From the NCBI GenBank assembly GCA_051117555.1, contig JBNPEG010000200.1, forward strand, positions 1 through 28,249: DNA of 28,249 nt. Direction: 5' to 3'. The notes below the pieces were generated by a model, which was not told the DNA's origin, did no database searches, and was given only the letters and a program-made list of their open reading frames with translations. Origin of the DNA: Elainellaceae cyanobacterium (lineage in GTDB: Bacteria; Cyanobacteriota; Cyanobacteriia; CAZCXK01). Numbering within the stretch: position 1 is the first letter of the stretch; each line of letters begins with the position of its first letter. A program made the position numbers and the translations under genes. Shown piece by piece: positions 20,701-26,649 of this stretch.

Positions 20701-21050
20701 CTCACCAGGGATTTTCCGATTTGGGGATGGATTCTTTGACATCTATCGAATTGCGAAATCGACTGCAATCTAGCCTAGATAAGCCATTGCCGTCTACGCT
20801 GATGTATGACTATCCCACCCTGGCTGCATTGACTGCCTATGTTGAAACTCTACTTTTCCCTTCCATTTCTGCATCAACGTCTGCATCAACGCCTGCATCA
20901 ACGCCTGCATCCACAGAATCAACGGATAACTCACTCAATGCCCATGAATCAACGCCTATCTCATCAAATGATATATCCCATACTTTAGAACTCTTATCCG
21001 ACGAAGATGCGGAAGCTCTACTACTAGACGAACTCAAACGACTGACTTGA
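11775..21050 (+). CDS. Type I PKS: adenylation/acyl-ligase - carrier protein - KS - AT(malonyl) - DH - ER - KR - ACP - C-terminal docking helix
   Basis: ATG at 11775 after AAGGAG. A: TSGSTGVPKG, WMPLEH, GYGMSET, TGDLG. CP1: GGNSL. KS: VQTACSTS, HGTGT, NVGH. AT: GHSIG, HAFH. DH: HRVFQRAVLP, LLDACFQ. ER: HAAAGGVG. KR: TGGLGALG, VDD, YSAAN. ACP: GMDSL. Confidence 0.95.
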   Translation: MGDPIFENQPTQRDIAHQETTSAHQQPHQENRETALKTGQSVRVHRQAIAHGEPFPDHLDAPTTLPEVLYRAAQRSTGILYVHADGTETCQPYSELLDRAERILMGLRNRGIAPQTPVIVQCSRSLDGVSALWGCILGGFVPVPIAPAPDFTLAPHNANVLLNALQLLENPVILTDETLQPAIATVLSRAADSSAVSSVSVMTIEALSRESSHDGGDRTPHPRQPDDLALLLLTSGSTGVPKGVMLSERNVLSSAYGMSSVNGLTEASITLNWMPLEHVASLVMFHVTEVYLGCQQIHVANDLVLQNPLRWLDLIEQYRVTATWAPNFAYGLVTDQAETIRQRQWDLSSIRWMGNGAEAVVGKTTRQFLDLLIPHGLADGTVSPGYGMSETCSGIVHSHQFSLQSTTDDDAFVEVGTPIPGVSVRIADGSNQVVDEGAIGRLQVSGLTVMTGYYNRPDLNAEVFTADGWFDTGDLGMIRDGRLTITGRQKDVIVINGVNYYSHEIESVVEELDGVEVSFTAACGVRQANGSSDRLAIFFHPSQAENSGGEFGEEAGEKNLASVLRLIRTRVMSTLGINPDYLIPVARQVIPKTAIGKIQRQQLSQRFEQGEFDETVHRVRDVLMQQTRHAAPGSHLEQQIAKIWQDVLQVEPVGIHDNFFELGGNSLRLMQVLHRLQTSLNCQLSVVDLFQYPTIETLARLCKARIARHFSPDLNPAPLASSPPLRPRTRRAAHSGVAVIGMACRFPGAANLEEFWKNLCNGVESIQFFTDDELRASGVDPQVLSHPDYVKASPILDDIESFDAGFFGYSPKEAELIDPQQRLLLECAWESLEHAGYDPLTYPGAIGLYAGASMNTYLLNQVLPNRHRLDPNDSLDVLTLSSMGGFQMTVANDKDYLATRVSYKLNLRGPSVNVQTACSTSLVAIHMAAQSVLNGECDMALAGGVSVHTPQTVGHLFQDGMILSPDGHCRAFDANAQGTIFGSGVGLVVLKPLDGAIADGDQIYAVIKGSAMGNDGGMKVGYLAPRAEGQTAVAAEAIAQAGIDADTIAYIEAHGTGTELGDPIEIAGLTHAFRMSTLKNQFCAIGSVKTNVGHLNIASGVVGFIKTVLALHHQKLPPSLHFDAPNPQIDFANSPFFVNTTLTDWQPTGYPRRAGVNSLGIGGTNVHVVLEEGNRQSAVSGQPSVNDRQDGSPVRSSRSRSNPAVIDSHQTRGRGHDARTDVDSAELRSPFNSQPLITQEFTRSHHLLALSAKSERALRDLATRYEAFLHANPDMSLANLCFTATMGRSHFEARLAIAADSVTQMQAQLRTYLDGADAIGVSSASASTSKSTSQSTYLSRRQIAFLFTGQGSQYLGMGKELYETQPIFRQTLDDCDTILRPLLGQSLHDILFPPPSLPHLPTPPLLHQTQYTQPAIFAVEYALHQVWTSWGIEPSIVMGHSIGEYVAACVAGVFSLEDGLKLVAARGRLMQALPPGGMVAVMADENVVNGAIASYPDLSIAAINAPQNIVISGASDSLEAVCETLASQDIKVIPLIVSHAFHSSMMEPMLAEFKQVTRAIAFDIPRLDLISNLTGELATSDIATPDYWCAHIRQPVRFSAGMETLRQLGYETFLECGAKPILLGMARQWADQSERSISQPHAVTGLASLQPKQADWQSMLSSLGRLYAQGWSVNWHAVHHGESCCRIPVPTYPFQRQRYWLDVPRRLDRRFDSGLNGGLNGGLNGGLNGGLNGGLDSGLDRRIDVCGGLGNTKPLQMPDARHSLLGNRFSSALKDVVFESHLSSDAPAFLTDHRVFQRAVLPGTAYLEMALSAGHQVLKTKSIRLKDVVIQAPLILPEDGVKSVQTILSNDSIGNDSVEASFQIYSLLCNECAPDDETWQLHCSGAIAKAEPVDSKPIVPKPINLEQLKQYFNERRSPTDHYHTCQARGIDYGASFQGVHALWKNDGEALGEICVAPTDPSTYSIHPALLDACFQVVLAALPQSMQSITYVPVSIDCFHLYHAPPERLWSHVQLRSIESAQELAQELVQPSLITADVRIFDDHGVLIAQATGLSAQRINRETVLESTSADWQNWLYEIEWRSLPAVKSAKQLDKQEPGHWLIFADSQVAPSIGEHLMAHHQICTIVTPAETFDYTEHHVQLDPTKPQHFESLLARQPASLRGMIHLWSLDAAPIGENDSPSHTFRHPQIGCQSALYLIQALIKQPHLSASSTRVYFITQGTQSVQGEPLTPKGIAQSPLWGLGRAIAREHPDLRCRLIDLALAHDSTIDASTVQPLFEELWADVRSGDGATHAENQIALRGQSRYGARLIRSNASTLLPAESLNRQLHISTRGTLDNLTWVFAPRQMPHSDEVEIRVQATGLNFRDVLNALGLYPGDAGALGLECAGEIVSVGHGVQHLNVGDRVMAIAPTRFGNYVTVSAALVAPIPDGLSIEEAATIPTAFLTADYALRRMGGIKAGDRVLIHAAAGGVGQAAVQIAQQVGAEIFATASPSKWDSLYSIGIHHVMNSRTLDFTDQILEVTQGKGVDLVLNSLSGDVIAKNLDALTYGGHFLEIGKAGIWEPEIMAIARPDVAYHVIDLVNVTQQQPDVIQLMLRRLVDQLQTGQLQPLPYQTFSGDRVIDAFRYMQQAKHVGKIIVRNALNSTDASSPPIETGGHSASIKIREHGIYAITGGLGALGLQVAQWLVDHGARHLLLIGRNSPSIEAHSTIAQLQQKGVSVSVAQADVSNLADLTEILAPYQHHGYKSSPKSTLQSPPPLLGIFHLAGLVDDATLLHQTWQHFERVMAPKVKGAWNLHALSQTLSLDYFVMFSSAASLLGSAGQANYSAANAFLDALAHFRRAQGLPGLSINWGAWSDMGLAVKQGVHDRFSQTGIKLINPQDGLDVLGALLTQPKPQVGVLPIDWLQWIQEHRQSSFLADFNTDFGRERKHGSTKPALLQRLTALPEGDRPAFLSAHLKSQVATVLGLNSTALDDPHQGFSDLGMDSLTSIELRNRLQSSLDKPLPSTLMYDYPTLAALTAYVETLLFPSISASTSASTPASTPASTESTDNSLNAHESTPISSNDISHTLELLSDEDAEALLLDELKRLT
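16912..16979 (+). repeat. In-frame 12-bp tandem repeat (GTGGATTGAATG x5 plus a partial) encoding (GLNG)5 in the AT-DH linker
   Basis: Read directly from the sequence and translation. Confidence 0.95.
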
Positions 21051-21058
21051 TTCGTAAC

Positions 21059-23032
21059 ATGCCCCAAACTCCAGACCAACCAACCAACCTTTCTCCAACT
21101 AAGCAGGCGCTCCTTGCCATTAAGCAACTCCAGGCAAAACTCGATGCAGTAGAGCAAGCACAGCACGAACCGATCGCCATTGTGGGCATGGGGTGTCGGT
21201 TTCCGGGCGAGGCAGATTCGCCAGAGGCTTTTTGGGAGGTTTTACATTATGGAAAAGATGCCATCACCGACATACCGGGCGATCGCTGGGATGTTGACCA
21301 ATACTACAGTCCAGACCCTACTATTCCAGGAAAAATGTATACCCGTCGGGGCGGGTTTGTGCCTCATCTCTACGAATTTGATGCGCCATTTTTTCGCATT
21401 GCGCCGCGAGAAGCCGCTAGCCTTGATCCGCAGCAGCGCCTCCTGCTCGAAGTAGGCTGGGAGACATTAGAACATGCCGGACTATCTCCCGATCGCCTGG
21501 TTGGGAAACAGGCTGGTGTCTTTGTGGGCATTTGCAGTATTGATTATTGGCATCGGCTGCTCAGTCAGCACAATACCCAGATTGACGCCTACCTTTCGAC
21601 CGGAAACACCCACAGCGTAGCCGCCGGTCGCCTGTCCTATGTATTGGGTGTCACAGGGCCAAGTTTGGCAGTAGATACAGCGTGTTCATCATCGCTCGTA
21701 GCCATTCATCTGGCCTGTCAAAGCCTGCGAAATCGTGAATGCAATCTGGCACTGGCAGGCGGCGTGAATCGCATCCTATCGCCCGAAGCCAGCATCAATT
21801 TTTCGAAAGCAAAGATGCTGTCTCCCACGGGGCAATGCCGTTCCTTTGATAGCGAAGCAGACGGGTTTGTACGCTCCGAAGGGTGTGGCATGGTTGCGTT
21901 GAAGCGGCTCAGTGATGCGGAAGCAGCAGGAGATACCATTTGGGCGGTGATTCTCGGCTCAGCAATGAATCATGATGGACGCACCAGTGGCTTGACGGTG
22001 CCCAACGGGCCGGCGCAGCAGGCAGTCATTCGTCAGGCATTGCACGCCAGCCGCATTCAGCCTGACCGGGTCAGCTATGTAGAAACTCACGGAACAGGTA
22101 CATCATTGGGCGACCCGATCGAGGCGGGGGCATTGGGAGAGGTCTTTGGAACGGGGCGATCGCCCTCTCAATCCCTGGTATTAGGTTCGGTGAAAACTAA
22201 CATTGGGCATCTAGAAGCCGCTGCCGGAATTGCAGGGCTGATCAAGACCGTGCTTGCGATCCATCACGACGAAATTCCTGCCAATTTGCATGTTCAAATA
22301 CCCAATCCCCATATCGACTGGCATAAACTACCGCTCAAAGTTCCGACGCATCCAGTTCCCTGGACAGGGGGAGAACGGCCTCGCGTTGCGGGAGTGAGTG
22401 CGTTTGGGTTTAGCGGCACGAATGCCCACGTGGTAGTTGGGGAGTATAGAAGTCAGCAAAGGAGCAGTCAGCAAGGTAGCAGTCAGCTTGAGAGCAGTGG
22501 GAGAGAAAGCCGTGAGAGGGACGGTCAGAGAGAAAAAGACGATCAGGAGACTGAGGATATTCATCTGTTGACGCTTTCAGCTCGAACGGAGCAGGCATTG
22601 CGAGACTTGGTGAGGCGATATATTGAGCATCTAGGACGGCATCCCGATTTGAAGTTAGGAAATGTGTGTTTTACGGCATGTACGGGGCGATCGCACTTTA
22701 ACCATCGACTCGCGGTGATTTCATCATCCATCGCAGACCTCCGAGAAAAACTGGTAGCATTCGACGCCGGACAGTTTCTAGATGGGGTTCATCACGGGCG
22801 CATTCGGGGGGCAGCAGATTTGGGGCAACTTTCCAGCCCTCAATCCGTCAGTCAATCCGTTAGTCAATCTGGCACTGCCAATCGACGACAGGTACTTGAA
22901 GAACAGGCAATGCTCTATCTCCAAGGTGCTCCGTTGGATTGGAACGTGCTTGATTCTAGGGGCGATCGCCATCACGTAGTGTTGCCGACCTATCCATTTC
23001 AGCGCCAGCGCTATGGAATCGAGTCCCGCTGA
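21059..23032 (+). CDS. Stand-alone type I ketosynthase with docking domain, lacking AT and ACP
   Basis: ATG at 21059; LSPTKQALLAIKQLQAKL docking helix, EPIAIVGMGCRFP, DTACSSS, HGTGT, NIGHLE; the KS-AT linker joins directly to the post-AT LPTYPFQRQRY, then stop. Confidence 0.9.
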   Translation: MPQTPDQPTNLSPTKQALLAIKQLQAKLDAVEQAQHEPIAIVGMGCRFPGEADSPEAFWEVLHYGKDAITDIPGDRWDVDQYYSPDPTIPGKMYTRRGGFVPHLYEFDAPFFRIAPREAASLDPQQRLLLEVGWETLEHAGLSPDRLVGKQAGVFVGICSIDYWHRLLSQHNTQIDAYLSTGNTHSVAAGRLSYVLGVTGPSLAVDTACSSSLVAIHLACQSLRNRECNLALAGGVNRILSPEASINFSKAKMLSPTGQCRSFDSEADGFVRSEGCGMVALKRLSDAEAAGDTIWAVILGSAMNHDGRTSGLTVPNGPAQQAVIRQALHASRIQPDRVSYVETHGTGTSLGDPIEAGALGEVFGTGRSPSQSLVLGSVKTNIGHLEAAAGIAGLIKTVLAIHHDEIPANLHVQIPNPHIDWHKLPLKVPTHPVPWTGGERPRVAGVSAFGFSGTNAHVVVGEYRSQQRSSQQGSSQLESSGRESRERDGQREKDDQETEDIHLLTLSARTEQALRDLVRRYIEHLGRHPDLKLGNVCFTACTGRSHFNHRLAVISSSIADLREKLVAFDAGQFLDGVHHGRIRGAADLGQLSSPQSVSQSVSQSGTANRRQVLEEQAMLYLQGAPLDWNVLDSRGDRHHVVLPTYPFQRQRYGIESR

Positions 23033-23084
23033 TATCGACCCAGTTGAGGTTGAATGAGTCCCGAATTGAGATCTAGTTGATACA

Positions 23085-23753
23085 ATGATGCGGAATGATT
23101 TAAGTCATATGAGTTTTACCCAAAATATGCATATTCCTGGTTGGAAACGCTATCGCTTCGTCATGCTGAGCAGCCTCTCTGCGATCGCCCTAATTGTTGC
23201 CACATCATTTGGTTTTCCTGCATTGGCTCAGTCGGGTAGTGCGGTGAGTCAGCTTCCATCTCAAGATCAAGCCGCATTGCAGTCAGGACGGGTAACACTC
23301 TCTGGCAGCAACGGACAATATACTGTGCGCGTGCTAGTCAGCGCTCCGGCTGCTACGGCATGGAGTGTTCTCACGGATTACAATAATTTTTCGAGGTTTT
23401 TCCCAAGCGTGGCAGAGAGCCGACTTTTGCGCTCCGACGGCAATCAGCGAGTATTTGAACAGATCAATGTCATTAGAATCTTTCCCATTAGCCGCCGAAG
23501 CCGAATTGTGATTGCGGCAACAGAAAGCTATCCTCAGCGAATTGCGTTTAATTTAGTCGAAGGAGATGTCGATTCTCTCCAAGGGACGTGGCAACTTGAA
23601 CCCATTTCAGCCACTCAGGTATTGATTACGCATCAGGTTAGTGTCCAGCCTGAATCGTCTACACCCCGAGGTATTTTCTTTAACATCTATCAAAATACGC
23701 TTCAAGATACATTGGCTGCCTTGAAGCAGGAAGCCGAACGGCGCAATCAGTAA
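23085..23753 (+). CDS. SRPBCC/START (polyketide cyclase-like) protein with predicted signal peptide
   Basis: Hydrophobic N-terminus ending in ALA-Q; AWSVLTDYNNFSRFFP and F.LVEGD...LQGTWQLEP motifs; exact start uncertain. Confidence 0.82.
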   Translation: MMRNDLSHMSFTQNMHIPGWKRYRFVMLSSLSAIALIVATSFGFPALAQSGSAVSQLPSQDQAALQSGRVTLSGSNGQYTVRVLVSAPAATAWSVLTDYNNFSRFFPSVAESRLLRSDGNQRVFEQINVIRIFPISRRSRIVIAATESYPQRIAFNLVEGDVDSLQGTWQLEPISATQVLITHQVSVQPESSTPRGIFFNIYQNTLQDTLAALKQEAERRNQ

Positions 23754-23770
23754 CAGGTATAGGCACAAAG

Positions 23771-24616
23771 ATGGGTGCAGACTCGCGACATATCATCATT
23801 ACGGGAGGATCAAGCGGTATCGGCTATGCCCTTGCCCGCCGACTTGTTCAGAATGGCGATCGCGTGTCAATTATGGCGCGGACTCCCCAAACGCTCGATA
23901 CGGCTAAAGCCCAGCTTGAGCAAGAACGTCTGCACTCGTCTCAACAGATTTTAGCGATTCCAGCCGATGTGTCTAGCCAAGAGCACGTGAATCGAGCCAT
24001 TCAGCAGGCGATCGCCCAACTGGGAATGCCTACTATGCTGATCAACTGTGCTGGAATCGCGCATCCCGGATATTTTCGAGAGGTGCCCATCGAGGTGTTT
24101 GAAACCACGATGGCGATCAACTACTTCGGCACGCTGTACTGCATTCGCGCTGTTCTACCCTATATGGAACAGCAGCGCAGTGGGCATATCATGATGACAT
24201 CATCAGGAGCAGGGTTGATTGGCATCTACGGCTATAGCCCCTACAGCCCCAGCAAGTTTGCTTTGCGGGGGTTGGCAGAGTCGCTCCGAGGCGAGCTCAA
24301 ACCGTGGGGCATCGGGGTTTCAATCGTCTATCCGCCCGATACGGATACGCCGCAACTCGCCCAGGAAAATAAGACAAAACCTCTCGAAACTCAGCGAATC
24401 ACAGCAACGGCTACTATGTGGACTGCGGATCATGTCGCCGCTGAGATTTTGAAGGGGGTAAGAAAAAAACAGTTTGCGATCTCCCCTGGTACAGAAATGT
24501 CAGTGTTATCAAGATTTCATAGCGTCATGTCCCCGGCTCTCAACTGGTACTTCGACCGCATCGTGGCGACGGTGCAAACGGATAATTCTCGCCATGCAAA
24601 TCAGGTCGTTAAGTAA
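23771..24616 (+). CDS. SDR, 3-ketodihydrosphingosine reductase (KDSR/TSC10)-like
   Basis: TGGSSGIG, NCAG, INYFG, YSPYSPSKFALRGLAESLRGEL, VYPPDTDTP (KDSR-subfamily-like motifs). Confidence 0.8.
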   Translation: MGADSRHIIITGGSSGIGYALARRLVQNGDRVSIMARTPQTLDTAKAQLEQERLHSSQQILAIPADVSSQEHVNRAIQQAIAQLGMPTMLINCAGIAHPGYFREVPIEVFETTMAINYFGTLYCIRAVLPYMEQQRSGHIMMTSSGAGLIGIYGYSPYSPSKFALRGLAESLRGELKPWGIGVSIVYPPDTDTPQLAQENKTKPLETQRITATATMWTADHVAAEILKGVRKKQFAISPGTEMSVLSRFHSVMSPALNWYFDRIVATVQTDNSRHANQVVK

Positions 24617-26306
24617 GTTCCTGAATCAGAGAAGACTTGGGCTGAGCAGGGTGCTAAGTCTGGCAGTGCCTCTGTATTATGGACTGATCACGCTGCATCA
24701 CGGGCTAAGTCATGCCTACATCGTGCAAGATGATGCTCGACAACACGTTGCTTGGCTACAGCGATTCATCGAACCGCACCTGTTTCCAGATGACTGGATT
24801 GCCAACTACTTTCAAACCGTTGCCCCGTGGGGATATCAGTCGGTTTACTGGATTGCGGCTCAGTTTGGCGTTGATCCGCTCATGCTTGCCAAGATTTTGC
24901 CCATCATCTTAGCTGCGATCGCCACGGTTTATGTATTTCAGGTGACGTATTTGATCTTGCCGGTTCCACTGAGTGGACTGATTGCGACACTCATTTTCAA
25001 TCAGCATCTCTGGCTCAATGATGATCTCGTGTCTGCAACGCCAAGAGCATTTGTCTATCCCCTGTTTGCTGCATTTTTGTATTACCTGATCCGGAATTCA
25101 CTCGTTCCGTGTTTGATGGCGATCGCCCTGCAAGGACTCTTTTTTCCACAAATGATGGTGCTTGAGGTGGCGATTCTCACCGTTCGGCTGGTGCGCTGGC
25201 CTGGCGGTTCTCCAAGACTTTCAATCAGAGCAGATTATGCCCTGTGGGGGGCAGGCATGGCGATCGCCTTGGTAATTGCACTCATGTTTGCTTTGAATCT
25301 CTCCGAATTTGGCTCCGCCATCACAGCCGATCAGATGCGAACCATGCCTGAATATAACGTAGGTGGACGCAATGAATATTTTGGCGTGACACCCTTCAAC
25401 TTCATCTTCAACGGGGCGAGCGGCATTCGTATTCCGGTGTTTCCATCAATTATCTGGGCAGGGTTTGGACTCCCGTTTCTACTCACCTCCCGATATCCGC
25501 TCGCTCGTTTGATAACGAAGCATGTCGAGGTTTTAGGGCAGGTGTTGATAGCGTCAGTAGGCATGTTTTTCCTCGCTCATCTACTGCTGCTTAGACTTCA
25601 TTTTCCGAGCCGATATACCTACCACAGTTGGCGATTTGTGTTGGCGATCGCCGCTGGGCTGGTGCTCACAATCCTGCTGGATGGCGGATATCGGTGGTGG
25701 CAGAACAAACGCCAGTCTCATCAACTGTCTCGACACGATATCTTTTGCTTGGCGTTAAGCGGGTTGATCATCCTCACGGTGACGATTGTGCCCGCTGTTC
25801 CGGTGCTTGTCTTTAAGTTCCAAGGTTGGATTGTGGGTAACTATCCGACGATCTATCACTATTTAGCCGCTCAGCCCACCGATACGCTGGTGGCATCCCT
25901 AGCACCTGAAGGTAATAATATCCCGGTGTTTGCCAAGCGGTCTACGTTAGTTGGACGGGAATTTGCCTTGCCCCACCATCCCCGCTACTACACCGTGATT
26001 CAAGAAAGGGCGATCGCTCTCGTCAATGCTCAATACAGTCGTGATCCATCAACAATTCAGCAGTTTGTTGACAAGTATGGAGTTGATTTTTTCTTAATGG
26101 ATACGACTGCCTTTACGGCTGATTATTTGTTATCTCACGATTGGCTGGTGCATAGTTCGTTTCAATCGGTGGTGTTTGATGCCGTGAATCATCTTGAACG
26201 TGGATATATCCCTGTCTTGGCACATCTTCCTCAGGCATGTGCGGCTGTATCGACGGAGCAGCTCGTTTTAGTGGATGCAACCTGTGTTTCACGCGGAGCA
26301 AGGTAA
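24594..26306 (+). CDS. Polytopic membrane protein, GT-C glycosyltransferase-like
   Basis: Likely start ATG at 24594, overlapping the SDR by 23 nt; many hydrophobic helices; acidic QDDARQH after the first helix; FPSRY motif; soluble C-terminal domain. Confidence 0.6.
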   Translation: MQIRSLSKFLNQRRLGLSRVLSLAVPLYYGLITLHHGLSHAYIVQDDARQHVAWLQRFIEPHLFPDDWIANYFQTVAPWGYQSVYWIAAQFGVDPLMLAKILPIILAAIATVYVFQVTYLILPVPLSGLIATLIFNQHLWLNDDLVSATPRAFVYPLFAAFLYYLIRNSLVPCLMAIALQGLFFPQMMVLEVAILTVRLVRWPGGSPRLSIRADYALWGAGMAIALVIALMFALNLSEFGSAITADQMRTMPEYNVGGRNEYFGVTPFNFIFNGASGIRIPVFPSIIWAGFGLPFLLTSRYPLARLITKHVEVLGQVLIASVGMFFLAHLLLLRLHFPSRYTYHSWRFVLAIAAGLVLTILLDGGYRWWQNKRQSHQLSRHDIFCLALSGLIILTVTIVPAVPVLVFKFQGWIVGNYPTIYHYLAAQPTDTLVASLAPEGNNIPVFAKRSTLVGREFALPHHPRYYTVIQERAIALVNAQYSRDPSTIQQFVDKYGVDFFLMDTTAFTADYLLSHDWLVHSSFQSVVFDAVNHLERGYIPVLAHLPQACAAVSTEQLVLVDATCVSRGAR

Positions 26307-26362
26307 GCCAAACTTAGCAATTGTTGCGTCATAGGCGATGGGTACTTCGGACATCTCAACAC

Positions 26363-26560
26363 CTGCCGTCGCCCAGATTTGAGGTCGTAGAAGCGTTCGC
26401 CAACCGGAGCATATCCGTAGCCGTAATCATCACGCTTGTCCATCCCCGACTCATCGACATAGACCAGATGAACGGCTTTAGGGTCTCCCAGAGCGGCTAA
26501 AAACGCCTCCCGTTTGGCATTATCGCGTTGGCGATCGCCGTAGGTCTTTTCTTTGCGTGT
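26363..26560 (-). pseudogene. IS630-family transposase internal fragment
   Basis: TRKEKTYG..RD...REAF...LVYVDESGMD.RDDYGYGY...GERF..LKSGRR: region around the first DDE aspartate; both ends missing. Confidence 0.8.
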
Positions 26561-26588
26561 ATTGAATCTTCCGTTGGTGAGTAGGCCC

Positions 26589-26620
26589 TTGACATTAACA
26601 TCAGTGTCAATGTTTATCCT
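26589..26620 (+). promoter_or_regulatory. MerR-type (CoaR-like) operator-promoter
   Basis: -35 TTGACA (26589-26594), 20-bp spacer, -10 TATCCT (26615-26620); dyad ACATTAACA-TCAG-TGTCAATGT. Confidence 0.75.
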
Positions 26621-26649
26621 GATGTTATTAATCATGGATTTCAGGCAGC

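Noticed and set aside
11775..21050. Olefin synthase (ols) or microcystin mcyG assignment
   Set aside because: No sulfotransferase or thioesterase (ols) and no C-methyltransferase or NRPS partners (mcy); DH and ER are present instead
11899..22979. Numerous small ORFs antisense or out of frame within the PKS genes
   Set aside because: Shadow ORFs of long coding sequences
24474..24593. Extended N-terminus of the 610-aa ORF
   Set aside because: Lies well inside the SDR gene; ATG at 24594 is more plausible
26231..26635. 134-aa ORF as a real gene
   Set aside because: Chimera of the antisense coaT promoter, an IS630 fragment and the antisense end of the upstream gene
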